DNA of 64,000 bases from an uncultured archaeon (GCA_964347045.1 CAYFXC010000007.1:23853-87852); one strand, 5' to 3'. Shown: positions 38,108 to 48,106, counted from the first letter of the stretch. Numbers and translations: made by a program. The notes: generated by a model not told the origin, from the sequence alone.

Positions 38108-39456
38108 ACGCGGAGAGGAAGAAAATGGCAGAAACTACACCTGATCAAATCATCAGACAACTTACGCGCCGATGGAAGCCCACAAAGCGCCTTACCAAGC
38201 TATTAAGAATTGACTCTAATCGCCTTCGTCGAGTCCTGAAGAAAATGGAAGAAGAGGGATTAATTGAAGCCCGAAAACGGGGAGGCCAGCTTGAGTGGCG
38301 ATTAGTGAAAGGAGAAGCAAAACGAATACGCCAAATCAAAAAAGAGCCAAAAGCATTCAAAGAAGAACAAAAAAATTCTGAGCAAATTCGTTCGGAGATG
38401 AAAGGGGTTGGACAATCACTATATCGAACTCTATCAAAAGGCGAATTTCCAGAAATTGAACTACCAAGTCGAAGTACGGGAAACATCCGTTTTGACCAAG
38501 AACTGGGTCAATACGTTCTAGCAGGAAAGACAGTCACACGATCGACAAAAAATGTCGGTCAAATCCGTAGTTTTAGTCAATTTATTTGGGTTATGCGATT
38601 TCTGAAAGAGCTTCTGACTGAAGGAAAATCAAGCACTTTACGAGATATTTATTATCAATCCTTTGGGTACGGCGTGAAATTCGGTCAACAAAGTGAAAGC
38701 GATACAACAATCACTGATGTTGAAGCCAAACTTAAAACCCCTCGTGAATCATTTCGAGTTTTCCCAGAAGAACGGGCCGCCATCTATGGCGATCTTACCA
38801 TCGAGTATACGTCCCCACAAAAATATGCAGGTAAGCAGGTGAATTGCACTGATCACCCCGATGGCCTTATGATTGGTCCTTATTTGACATCCGCAAAATT
38901 CATCAAATGTAAAGCCAAGAAAGTAATCGCCATCGAATCCGGCGGCATGTTTACGCGTTTCGTAGAGGATGGAGTCCATGAAACACACGATGCGCTGCTC
39001 ATTCATACTGCAGGTCAGGCACCCAGGAGCGTTCGGCGCACAATACGAAGGCTCCGATATGAGTTGAATTTACCAACGTATCTTTTCGTGGATGCAGATC
39101 CATGGGGAGCTCATATCGCCATGGTTATCATATCCGGAAGCGCTTCTGCGGCACATTTACGAGGCCTTGCTACACCTGATGCAATTTGGATGGGCGTTTG
39201 GGCCTCGGATATTCAGAAATACAATCTCCCCAGTGACGCTTTTACAGACACCGACAAAAAACGAACACAAGATTTATTGAAAGATCCGCGCTATCAAACC
39301 AAATTCTGGCAACAAGAATTGAAGATGTTCTTAAAGAATCAAAGAAAAGCTGAACAACAAGCTTTCAGTCGCTATGGCTTGAGTTTCGTCACTGAAGAGT
39401 ATTTGCCAAATAAGTTTAAAGAAATTGATAAGCTTCAACGTCAAGGCATTCTCTAA
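38104..39456 (+). CDS. top6A: DNA topoisomerase VI subunit A with N-terminal winged-helix extension
   Basis: TLRDIYY, Q.ESD, IESGGMF.R, DADPWG, KAEQQA; ATGA overlap with top6B. Confidence 0.96.
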   Translation: MNAERKKMAETTPDQIIRQLTRRWKPTKRLTKLLRIDSNRLRRVLKKMEEEGLIEARKRGGQLEWRLVKGEAKRIRQIKKEPKAFKEEQKNSEQIRSEMKGVGQSLYRTLSKGEFPEIELPSRSTGNIRFDQELGQYVLAGKTVTRSTKNVGQIRSFSQFIWVMRFLKELLTEGKSSTLRDIYYQSFGYGVKFGQQSESDTTITDVEAKLKTPRESFRVFPEERAAIYGDLTIEYTSPQKYAGKQVNCTDHPDGLMIGPYLTSAKFIKCKAKKVIAIESGGMFTRFVEDGVHETHDALLIHTAGQAPRSVRRTIRRLRYELNLPTYLFVDADPWGAHIAMVIISGSASAAHLRGLATPDAIWMGVWASDIQKYNLPSDAFTDTDKKRTQDLLKDPRYQTKFWQQELKMFLKNQRKAEQQAFSRYGLSFVTEEYLPNKFKEIDKLQRQGIL

Positions 39457-39553
39457 TTTTTTTCATTCCAAAGAAATTAGGGTTGTCAAGCCAGAATTCT
39501 TTTGTAGTGTGAAGATGCCATTCTAATGTCTAAAATCTTCTGATGTGACAAAG

Positions 39554-40807
39554 ATGGCAGATGTTAATTTCCTATATGGTTCGGAGCAAATTCGCCTAAA
39601 AATTCCCGATAGGAATTATCTAGGTTTGTTAGATGCTAAACCTGTTGAAGGAGTAACTGACCCAAATAAAACCGTAACAAAGGCTATTTTGAATCCAATT
39701 GGCTCCCCACAGCTAAGTGAAATCGCTCAACCAGGACAGTCTGCGGCAATTGTGGTTGATGATCACACTCGAGGACTACCTTGTCATTTTATGATTAATC
39801 CCCTCATCGAACAACTACAAGGCGCGGGTGTCAAGGAGAAAGATGTTACCATTATTTTTGGGACAGGAACACACAGAGCAACGACTCTCGAAGAACAACA
39901 AAACCTCTTATGTGATGTAGCGTGTAATGAGCACCAGATTTCAGTTCACAGTTGCGATGCAAAAAACTTGGTTAATGTTGGTACGACATCTTATGGTACC
40001 AAAGTGGAAATTAATCGAATATTCCATGAAATGGATCTTCATATACTCACAGGAGATATTGGCTACCACTATTATGCTGGATTTGGTGGAGGACGGAAAA
40101 GCGTGCTCCCAGCAATAAGTGGACGCGCAACCATTAATAAAAATCACGGGATGTTGACACATCCAAAAGCGTCCACAGGTAATCTAGAAGAAAACCCCAT
40201 CCACCTTGATATGACCGAAGCTGCCAAGCTAGCCCGTACCGATTTTATAGTGAATATTGTACGAAACACAAAAAAAGAAATTGTAGCGGCATATGCAGGA
40301 GATCTTGAACAGGCTTTTCTAAAAGGCACTGAATTTGCAGATTCAATGGGCCGGTTGAAAATCAAAGAAAAGGCTGACATAGTGATAACCAGTTCTGGAT
40401 ACCCAAAGGATATCAACTTGTATCAAGGAACTAAAGCTATGGTACATGCCCTAGGCGCTGTACGAGATGGAGGAGTGTTAATTGCCCTTCTAGAATGCCG
40501 CGAAGGGATAGGAAATCAAGTCTTTGAAGAGTGGGCACATAAATATCCGTCTTATGAGGAGCTAAGTCATCAGATACAGACCAATTTCATCATGGGAGGT
40601 CACAAAATTTTCTACATGGCTCAAGGTGCGAAACGAGTCCATCAGTATTTAATCTCAGATCTTGATCCTAAAGAACTAGAACAATATTATTATGTAACGC
40701 CATTCAAATCCGTCAAGAATGCATTAGACGCAGCTTTTGAACAAGTAGGACGAGATTCCACCATATGGGCTATGCCTCATGGAACTGATGTTCTTCCATC
40801 AGTTTAA
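39554..40807 (+). CDS. larA: Nickel-pincer-dependent LarA-family racemase/epimerase
   Basis: VDDHTR, GTGTHR, HYYAGFGGGRKS, DINLYQ..K; substrate not assignable. Confidence 0.85.
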   Translation: MADVNFLYGSEQIRLKIPDRNYLGLLDAKPVEGVTDPNKTVTKAILNPIGSPQLSEIAQPGQSAAIVVDDHTRGLPCHFMINPLIEQLQGAGVKEKDVTIIFGTGTHRATTLEEQQNLLCDVACNEHQISVHSCDAKNLVNVGTTSYGTKVEINRIFHEMDLHILTGDIGYHYYAGFGGGRKSVLPAISGRATINKNHGMLTHPKASTGNLEENPIHLDMTEAAKLARTDFIVNIVRNTKKEIVAAYAGDLEQAFLKGTEFADSMGRLKIKEKADIVITSSGYPKDINLYQGTKAMVHALGAVRDGGVLIALLECREGIGNQVFEEWAHKYPSYEELSHQIQTNFIMGGHKIFYMAQGAKRVHQYLISDLDPKELEQYYYVTPFKSVKNALDAAFEQVGRDSTIWAMPHGTDVLPSV

Positions 40808-40842
40808 TTCAACTGCATTAATAATAGTAGAGCAAGGTCGAC

Positions 40843-42069
40843 TCAGGGAAAGGGTACTAAGAATCCTGAGGTCAGCGGTGGGAGAAGTAAAATTACCATC
40901 ACAAATGAAATAGCTCCAATAATCATTCTCCAAGCACTTACAGGCGAGACATCGTCAACCGGTCCTGGGTGTCGTCCCGCAAAGAGAAAGAATGCAATTA
41001 ATGCCATAAACCAATAGCCAAAGATAAACAGAATAAAAATTCCGATAAAAGAAACCAATCGGTGATATCTTCCTCCGACTAGTGCACGTGAGACATGTCC
41101 TCCATCAAGTTGACCGATTGGAAAGTAATTGAGAGCAGTGATAAGAAATCCTACCCATCCGGCAAATGCAACGGGATGAACATAAGCAGTATACCCTGGA
41201 GGAATACCAAAGGTAATCAGAAGCCAAATCAGGTCGAAGAGAATTGGTGTAGGAAGGGGGCTGGGAGGTAATCCAAGTGATTGTACGAAGACCATTAATT
41301 GAGAAAATTCAGTGGGACTGAGAATTGGGCTCATCGACAAGCCAACTACCACAACGATTATAGAGACGCCGAATCCAACAAGAGGTCCACTAATTCCAAG
41401 ATCAAAAAGACTATCTCGTGTAGGTGGAGGGGACCGTTGGACAATAAGTGCTCCAAAGGTTCCATAATAGAAGCCTGGAATGAAATAGGGCATCGAAGCT
41501 TCGACTTGATGATATCGGCTTGCTCCAACATGTCCGAATTCATGAAGCCCAATAATGGCAAGGAGTGCAATAGTATACGTGATCATGACAATGTAAGGAT
41601 TATACGGAATCCTGAAAATTTCAACATGAATGTAAACAAAGGCTACATCGGTTGCAAAGAACCAGCCGGCTAAGAGAACAGTAAATACAGTGGCAACAAA
41701 AAGAATGATGTTCATTGTGTAACTGCTAGCCCGTCGAGGAGGAGGTGCCGGGACTAGTTTGATAACTGTGCTCTTTTCCCCAGTTCCTTCAAAGAGTTCA
41801 ACCTGTCGGATTACAGCAAATAAATTATGTGGTTGTAGTCGTTCAGTGAGGCGAGCAGACCGCTCTTTCATTTTCGAATCCACTTCGACGACAAAAATTG
41901 GTAAATTATCTTGAGCGTCAATGTATGCATAGCTAACAACGAATTCTTCTTTGACGATGTCTCGTAGCTTAAGAAGGTAGGTATCCGGAATGAAAGAATC
42001 TCCACCCGAGAAAGAAGAATCATATTCCGTCTTGGACTCATCGGGTGTTGAAGTTTCTTCATTAGACAA
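40843..42069 (-). CDS. Site-2 protease (peptidase M50)
   Basis: HEFGH, GP..G, LNYFPIGQLDGGH. Confidence 0.92.
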   Translation of the reverse strand: MSNEETSTPDESKTEYDSSFSGGDSFIPDTYLLKLRDIVKEEFVVSYAYIDAQDNLPIFVVEVDSKMKERSARLTERLQPHNLFAVIRQVELFEGTGEKSTVIKLVPAPPPRRASSYTMNIILFVATVFTVLLAGWFFATDVAFVYIHVEIFRIPYNPYIVMITYTIALLAIIGLHEFGHVGASRYHQVEASMPYFIPGFYYGTFGALIVQRSPPPTRDSLFDLGISGPLVGFGVSIIVVVVGLSMSPILSPTEFSQLMVFVQSLGLPPSPLPTPILFDLIWLLITFGIPPGYTAYVHPVAFAGWVGFLITALNYFPIGQLDGGHVSRALVGGRYHRLVSFIGIFILFIFGYWFMALIAFFLFAGRHPGPVDDVSPVSAWRMIIGAISFVMVILLLPPLTSGFLVPFP

Positions 42070-42185
42070 AGAATATCACCGTAAAACTCTATGCACGCCA
42101 GAGAGACAACACTCAAAAAGCTTTCCAAATAGTCAGTCGATGAATTTTTAATACCTAATTGTTAGCACTCTAATAGCTGATTTAA

Positions 42186-42671
42186 TTGACCGAACTACAA
42201 GGCTTCGTTGTACGAAAGGCTGAACCAAAGGACATCCCTACAATTATGCAAATCAATCTTGATACCCTGCCAGAAAACTACCCTGAATATTTCTTTCGTC
42301 AAATTCTAGAAAGATATCCCGAAGCATATTATGTTGCAGAAACTGAAGGCAAAGTTATTGGGTATATAATGTGTCGCATGGAAGGGGGCATCTCGAATTT
42401 TGGATTACGTTGGGTTCGTCGAGGTCATATTGTAAGTGTCGCGGTTCTGCAGGAATATCGACGACAAAAAATCGCATCGAAACTAATCAAACAATCTATG
42501 AAAGCCTTAGAGACCGTTTATGCAGCAAAAGAAATCATTCTTGAAGTCCGAATCAATAACCATGCTGCAATTCAGCTCTATGATAAACTCGACTTTAAAC
42601 GAATCCGAACTTTACGAACCTACTACCGCAATGGTGAAGATGCCCAACTAATGGCAATTAAATTAAAGTAA
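42186..42671 (+). CDS. ard1: N-terminal acetyltransferase Ard1/Naa10-like
   Basis: LPENY, GHIVSVAV..YRR, LEVR..N, YY.NGEDA. Confidence 0.9.
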   Translation: MTELQGFVVRKAEPKDIPTIMQINLDTLPENYPEYFFRQILERYPEAYYVAETEGKVIGYIMCRMEGGISNFGLRWVRRGHIVSVAVLQEYRRQKIASKLIKQSMKALETVYAAKEIILEVRINNHAAIQLYDKLDFKRIRTLRTYYRNGEDAQLMAIKLK

Positions 42672-42756
42672 CACCGGATTTATGAAGAACGAAAATTTGA
42701 TGAAATACCCTAATGGTTTCCCAAAACTACTATAATTCTCAAAGGAGAGTCATCCC

Positions 42757-44280
42757 TTGAAGTTAAAAGCCCAAATTCTTGATGTTGACACAGGTGGTGT
42801 TCACAAAATCTTACTCAACCCTGTTGAGATCACCCATTTAGCAATGTTCGCAGGTGAACGCGTCCTTCTCAAATATCGTAAGGAAGAAACAGTTGCCATT
42901 GCAGAATCCACCTCTCTAGTTGAACAAGGAAAGGTGGGGATTCTAAATCAGGTACAACGCGAATTGAATGTAAAAGAAGGCGCCTTTGTAGAAGTTTCTA
43001 GCGATGTTAAACCGACATCGATCAGAGCAATTCGAAAAAAAATGGATGGGTTAACTTTGACAGGCGAAGAAATCGAAGCCATAGTGGAAGACCTAGTAAC
43101 TGGTCGTTTATCAGACATAGATATCGCCGCTTTTTTGGTCTCTGAACAAATCCGAGGATTATCATTAGAAGAAACCGTCCACTTAACCCGAGCTATGGCT
43201 GAAGAGGGAGAGCGTCTAGATTTTGGTACAAATGTGTTTGACAAACATAGCATTGGTGGAGTACCAGGAAATAAGGTCTCATTAATCATCGTACCCATCG
43301 TAGCAGCGGCCGGACTCTTAATTCCCAAAACTAGTAGTCGAGCCATCACAAGCCCCAGTGGGACTGCTGATACCATGGAAGTTCTTGCAGATGTTGAATT
43401 CAGTGTAGAAGAATTACAACAAATCGTAAAGGATGCAAAAGCATCCATTGTTTGGGGAGGCGCATTGAATCTCGCACCTGCAGACGATCTCTTTATTCAA
43501 ATTGAACATCCTCTTCAAATCGATCCTCAGCCTCAAATGATTGCCTCAATTATGTCGAAAAAACTCTCAACAGGAATTCGATACATGGTTTTAGATATAC
43601 CTACAGGCGAAGGCTGTAAAGTCACCACTATGGAAGAAGCTAGAAGACTTAGCCATGATTTCATTACTGTTGGTAATGAGCTAGGTATTTCTGTTCATTG
43701 TGCTGTGACATATGGCAGCCAACCGGTAGGTCACGCAATTGGTCCAGCACTCGAAGCCAAAGAAGCATTAGAAACGCTCATGGGAGGAGGCCCAACAAGT
43801 CTTATCGAAAAATCAACGGGATTAGCGGGAATATTACTGGAAATGGGTGGTTTAGCTGTTCGTGGTGCAGGACGAAAACTAGCTAAAGAGATACTGGCTT
43901 CAGGAAAAGCTTTAGAGAAAATGCGAGAAATTATCAAAGCGCAAAATGGCAAACCCGAGATCACCCCTAAACAGATACCTATTGGAACTTACACCTATGA
44001 TTTGACTGCGCCCTCTGATGGATACGTGGCCACTTTAAATAACCGCGCCTTGGTTCGAATCGCCAGAGCAGCAGGAACACCAAAGGTTCATGGGGCCGGT
44101 CTTTATTTACACGCAAAGATTGGCTCCCGAGTAAAGGAGGGAGATCCAGTTCTAACCATTTATGCGGAAACCGAAGGAAAACTTGATGACGCCATTGATG
44201 TTGCCAAAAGCTTAATGCCTTTCACAGTAGAAGGAATGCTCCTTCACACATTGACCGATACAGAAGAATTCAAGCAATGA
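42757..44280 (+). CDS. AMP phosphorylase
   Basis: DKHSIGGVPGNK, PKTSSRAITSPSGTAD, LAPADD; N-terminal archaeal extension. Confidence 0.93.
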   Translation: MKLKAQILDVDTGGVHKILLNPVEITHLAMFAGERVLLKYRKEETVAIAESTSLVEQGKVGILNQVQRELNVKEGAFVEVSSDVKPTSIRAIRKKMDGLTLTGEEIEAIVEDLVTGRLSDIDIAAFLVSEQIRGLSLEETVHLTRAMAEEGERLDFGTNVFDKHSIGGVPGNKVSLIIVPIVAAAGLLIPKTSSRAITSPSGTADTMEVLADVEFSVEELQQIVKDAKASIVWGGALNLAPADDLFIQIEHPLQIDPQPQMIASIMSKKLSTGIRYMVLDIPTGEGCKVTTMEEARRLSHDFITVGNELGISVHCAVTYGSQPVGHAIGPALEAKEALETLMGGGPTSLIEKSTGLAGILLEMGGLAVRGAGRKLAKEILASGKALEKMREIIKAQNGKPEITPKQIPIGTYTYDLTAPSDGYVATLNNRALVRIARAAGTPKVHGAGLYLHAKIGSRVKEGDPVLTIYAETEGKLDDAIDVAKSLMPFTVEGMLLHTLTDTEEFKQ

Positions 44281-44290
44281 GCTGGTTCAG

Positions 44291-45469
44291 TTGACTGACA
44301 CCCACGTCTATGAAAGGGGCCGCATATTAACAAGTGAACCTGTAGTACACAAAGGCTTTCATATTTTCCGGCGAGAAGCGATTGTAGCTGTTGCCCTCTT
44401 CGTGTTTTTCCTTCTATCACTCTTCGTATTTCAAAATCCTTTGATATTAGTAATTGGAACAATGGCATTTGCTCTTTGGTTAACTTTCCGAGCTTCACAT
44501 GTTGCAATTGATGGATTAGAATCATTAGGAGCTTTAGCCGGATTAAGCGCTTATTTCATCGGTGTCCTTTCATCACTTGCATCCAATACTCCTGAAGCCG
44601 TTGTAAGCGCCCTAACCGCATGGCGTGGTTATGCAACGGGTAATCTTGAGCTAGTCGAAATCGCTGTTTTGAGCGTAGTTTTGGCAGCAGGGTTCAACAT
44701 ATTACTCCTTGGCATTGTTGTGTTTCTTTCAACTCGAAAAACGGGAGTTGTTAAAGTTCCTCGTCAAGTTGTTGAAGATGATACTGATTTAATGCGATGG
44801 ACAATTGTCGTAATGACGCTTCTTTTTGCATTTGGAGTTTTACATTATATTAACCAACTCATTCACGGAGTCATTCCTGAGCTCACTTTTCTTCCCCCCG
44901 TCTTGGGATTTCTAATGGTACTCTCGTATGTTTTATACGCGATTTATGCTGTCAGGAAGCCATCAGCGAAAGATAAACCTGTTCCTACACCACGGCATTC
45001 AAAGCGAACTTCCGCATTATTATCCCTCATAGGTTTTGTGGGCATCTTTATTGCTGGATACCTTTTAGCAGAAGCAGTAGAGCTCACATTTGAATTCGTG
45101 CCTTGGACCGGAATTGGAATTACTGAAACCCAACGCATTTCCGTTATGGCACTAATTATTGGAGCCGCAGGAGCCCTTCCTGAACATGGCATCGCTGTTA
45201 TTGCGGCCAACAAGGGCAAAGCCGACATTGCTATTGGCAACACTTTAGGCGGTACAACACAGGTATTGTTACTCATCGTGGGTAGCGTAGCTATGTTTCT
45301 TCCTCTTCCTCTCGATTCAGCCGTGCTTCTACAGCTCGCTACGGCAGCTGGTTCATTATGGTTTCTGAAACGTGCTCTAACAGATGATCAGAAGGTAGAC
45401 ATATTCGAAGGGGCAATGATAATACTGATGCAGGTGTTTGTTTTCATCCTCGTCTTAACGCCCATTTGA
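44291..45469 (+). CDS. Ca2+/cation antiporter (CaCA superfamily)
   Basis: Alpha repeats SNTPE and GALPEH...GN; multi-TM. Confidence 0.85.
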   Translation: MTDTHVYERGRILTSEPVVHKGFHIFRREAIVAVALFVFFLLSLFVFQNPLILVIGTMAFALWLTFRASHVAIDGLESLGALAGLSAYFIGVLSSLASNTPEAVVSALTAWRGYATGNLELVEIAVLSVVLAAGFNILLLGIVVFLSTRKTGVVKVPRQVVEDDTDLMRWTIVVMTLLFAFGVLHYINQLIHGVIPELTFLPPVLGFLMVLSYVLYAIYAVRKPSAKDKPVPTPRHSKRTSALLSLIGFVGIFIAGYLLAEAVELTFEFVPWTGIGITETQRISVMALIIGAAGALPEHGIAVIAANKGKADIAIGNTLGGTTQVLLLIVGSVAMFLPLPLDSAVLLQLATAAGSLWFLKRALTDDQKVDIFEGAMIILMQVFVFILVLTPI

Positions 45470-45526
45470 GATAACCGCAGATTTGTTTCCCCACTCCATA
45501 AACTCAACAAACTCTTTTAGGTAACC

Positions 45527-46288
45527 ATGAAAAAGTCAGATATCAGTTTTGAGCTAAAATCTGGTGGGAATGCAGTGTCATTTGAAAGTATAGAAGGACA
45601 AATGATGCAAATGCCAGCCACTATTCTAAATCAACTAGGATTAGTAGCACCATCAGTGCTAGCTCCAGGCATCAACTTATCCACCACTACACCAACAGAA
45701 CGTGTAGTGTTAGTTAATCTTGATAACTTTGGGTTACTTGAGGTTGCCTTGCATAAACCCCAATTTTTACTCAAAGAAGCTCGTGTCATTTTAACTTTGA
45801 ATACAAAAGATGGATTAGCCTCTAACGTAATCAATGAGCTCATTCACGGGAACCAAGCAGATGGTTTCAATCTATTTTCCTTTCTCACGCATCAAGGCAA
45901 ATCCGCGGTTCTTGTCGATCGTGAAACACAAAGAGAAAATGCTGGTCAAGCTACATTTCATTCAGCAGACACTGATATGCGAACCTACATTGAAACAGCA
46001 AAACTCTTGAATCGTTCTGATTTTCTTTACATTCACTTCCTCGATTTCGATACCCTTTACAAAGAACATACTAGCCGTCCACCATTGGAACTGGCCCAAA
46101 AACTACTTCACAGGACGGATCGGTGGTTACTCGGATTCTATAAACAGGCTCGGGCCAATACACTTTTTCTTATCCTCGGGAATCAGGGACAGCGAGATTA
46201 TGGTTTAAAGTACGAGGACAAATATCAAAACTGGGCAACTGCAAATGTTCCCATTTGCCTCGTTATATACAAACCAACCGGAGAATAA
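45527..46288 (+). CDS. Alkaline phosphatase/PglZ-like fold protein, apparently degenerate
   Basis: VVLVNLDNFG, YIHFLDFD, LILGNQG (instead of xDHG), terminal VP. Confidence 0.5.
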   Translation: MKKSDISFELKSGGNAVSFESIEGQMMQMPATILNQLGLVAPSVLAPGINLSTTTPTERVVLVNLDNFGLLEVALHKPQFLLKEARVILTLNTKDGLASNVINELIHGNQADGFNLFSFLTHQGKSAVLVDRETQRENAGQATFHSADTDMRTYIETAKLLNRSDFLYIHFLDFDTLYKEHTSRPPLELAQKLLHRTDRWLLGFYKQARANTLFLILGNQGQRDYGLKYEDKYQNWATANVPICLVIYKPTGE

Positions 46289-46295
46289 GAAAAAA

Positions 46296-46661
46296 ATGAA
46301 AGTATCAACTGAAACTGAAAATGAGATAGCAGAAGAACCCCCACGAGAACCAATAGACTCAATTGCGACTGTTCTTTTTCTTGTGTTTGGTGGGGCTCTA
46401 GGATATTTGCTAATTGGATATAGCTATGGGTTGTACCCCTTTGTTGTTGTTGGACCTATTCAGTCACTGCTACCGACATGGGATGCAGTAATTACATTTG
46501 TTGCCCTTCTCATCATCATGTTCGCTGGCCTAATAGGCGGATTAATCAGAATGCGATATTCAATTTATCTAGTCGGTGTTGTGACCCTCATTGCTATTTT
46601 CGTAATTTTGCTTTATGCGTTGTTAGCTGTCAGTCAACTAGTTGGTCCTTTACCACCTTAA
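46296..46661 (+). CDS. Small three-TM membrane protein
   Basis: Acidic N-terminus followed by three hydrophobic helices; ATG at 46296 after GGAG. Confidence 0.7.
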   Translation: MKVSTETENEIAEEPPREPIDSIATVLFLVFGGALGYLLIGYSYGLYPFVVVGPIQSLLPTWDAVITFVALLIIMFAGLIGGLIRMRYSIYLVGVVTLIAIFVILLYALLAVSQLVGPLPP

Positions 46662-46726
46662 TTGACTCAGGATAAGTCTATAAGCCAAGTAATCCATTCG
46701 AATCATATTATCGGAGATACAAGATT

Positions 46727-47707
46727 ATGACCATTGTTGATTTGCTAGATAAAGCAACTCTTCGATTTCTCCTTTTTGGAGGGAAGGGGGGAGTAGGTAA
46801 AACAAGCAGTGCCGCCGCTTCCGCACTTTGGGCAGCTGAACATGGTCGAGAAACTATTGTAATTAGTACAGATCCTGCGCACAGTCTTGGAGACTGCTTT
46901 GCCCAGGATATCAGTGGTGGAGAAGTCATTCCCATCAAAGGCGTAAAGAACCTTTACGGAATGGAAATCAACCCCCAAAAAGCATACGAAGAGTACAAAG
47001 AAACTGCACAACAATCCGACACAGGCGAAATCGGCTCGATGGGTGATATGATGGGTCTTGAGGATCTCGCAGACATGAATGCTCCTGGATCAGATGAAGC
47101 ACTTGCCTTTTCCAAAGTACTAGAATTTATTCATAAGTGCGAATATGATCTAGTTGTCTTTGATACTGCTCCTACAGGCCACACACTTCGCCTTTTAGGG
47201 CTCCCAGAAATGCTTGACAGCTTTTTTGGAAAACTCATCAAATTCCGAATGCGATTCAGTAGCATGTTTAGCCGATTAAAATCGATATTCGGACGAGGAG
47301 ACCCAAAAGGAGAAGACCGGTCTTTGGAAAATCTCGAGAACCTTAAAGTCGCCATTAATGAAGCACGGGTTGAACTCACTGACCCGACACGAACTAGCTT
47401 TGTCATTGTTATGATTCCTGAAGCTATGGCAGTATCTGAGACTGAACGCCTTTTACAAACACTCTACGAATATCAAATTCCAAGTAGCCATATTATTGTG
47501 AACATGGTTTTCCCAGATATTCCAAATTGTCAATTTTGTAGGGCTAGAAAAACCATGCAGACCCAATATTTAAGCCAAATTCATGAGATTTATGACGATT
47601 TCATGATTACAGAGATTCCTCTCTTCGAAGAAGAGATTCGGGGTATCCCTGCTCTAACACGTCTTTCAAGTTTATTGGCCACGGGTGTATTTCCAGAAAA
47701 AAGGTGA
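46727..47707 (+). CDS. get3: Get3/TRC40-type ArsA-family ATPase
   Basis: GGKGGVGKT, STDPAH, DTAPTGHT, Met-rich groove and insert, CQFC zinc motif; single domain; no ars genes nearby. Confidence 0.8.
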   Translation: MTIVDLLDKATLRFLLFGGKGGVGKTSSAAASALWAAEHGRETIVISTDPAHSLGDCFAQDISGGEVIPIKGVKNLYGMEINPQKAYEEYKETAQQSDTGEIGSMGDMMGLEDLADMNAPGSDEALAFSKVLEFIHKCEYDLVVFDTAPTGHTLRLLGLPEMLDSFFGKLIKFRMRFSSMFSRLKSIFGRGDPKGEDRSLENLENLKVAINEARVELTDPTRTSFVIVMIPEAMAVSETERLLQTLYEYQIPSSHIIVNMVFPDIPNCQFCRARKTMQTQYLSQIHEIYDDFMITEIPLFEEEIRGIPALTRLSSLLATGVFPEKR

Positions 47708-47823
47708 AAAAACTATTGAGGAAAAAGCGGCAGAATCTAATCATCGCAATAATCATGATGAGTCTAATCATTGGCAGCGTAATTGTTGGCATCATCCTTC
47801 TCAGCCTTCCTTTCTTACCATAA
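47704..47823 (+). CDS. 39-aa basic single-TM (tail-anchor-like) micro-protein, absent from the ORF track
   Basis: GTG overlaps the get3 stop (GTGA); MKKLLRKKRQNLIIAIIMMSLIIGSVIVGIILLSLPFLP-stop. Confidence 0.55.
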   Translation: MKKLLRKKRQNLIIAIIMMSLIIGSVIVGIILLSLPFLP

Positions 47824-47890
47824 ATGCTCTAGAACTGAGCAAAACTTATTAAGCGACGAGAGATGCCGTCTAGCAGTACATATTTTCGAG

Positions 47891-48106
47891 GTGCTCAGAA
47901 TTACATTTCGGTGTGCTAAATGTGGGAAAACACTTTCCTGCCCTTATTGTCAAACCCCAGTCCCTTCAATGCCTCCTAGTAATCGGTGTCCCCATTGCGG
48001 TAAGCCTTTTGCTACAACCTTGCCTTCCAGTAAATGTCCTTTCTGCGGGGCACGAATAATGTACAAGGAGCGCCCTCAAATCATTAAGAAGCTTACTGCA
48101 CGGTAA
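47891..48106 (+). CDS. rpo12: RNA polymerase subunit Rpo12 (P)-like protein with extra nested zinc ribbon
   Basis: FRCAKCG ... CPFCGARIMYKERP..IKKL.AR is the Rpo12 signature; CPYC/CPHC inserted between the outer knuckles; start uncertain. Confidence 0.7.
   Translation: MLRITFRCAKCGKTLSCPYCQTPVPSMPPSNRCPHCGKPFATTLPSSKCPFCGARIMYKERPQIIKKLTAR

Noticed and set aside
38125-38310. Z-alpha (Z-DNA binding) identity of the Top6A extension
   Set aside because: Lacks the conserved Asn and Tyr of the Z-alpha recognition helix; kept as a generic wHTH
46727-47707. Arsenite-efflux ArsA
   Set aside because: Single ATPase domain with Get3-type CxxC and Met-rich insert; no arsB, acr3, arsD or arsR nearby
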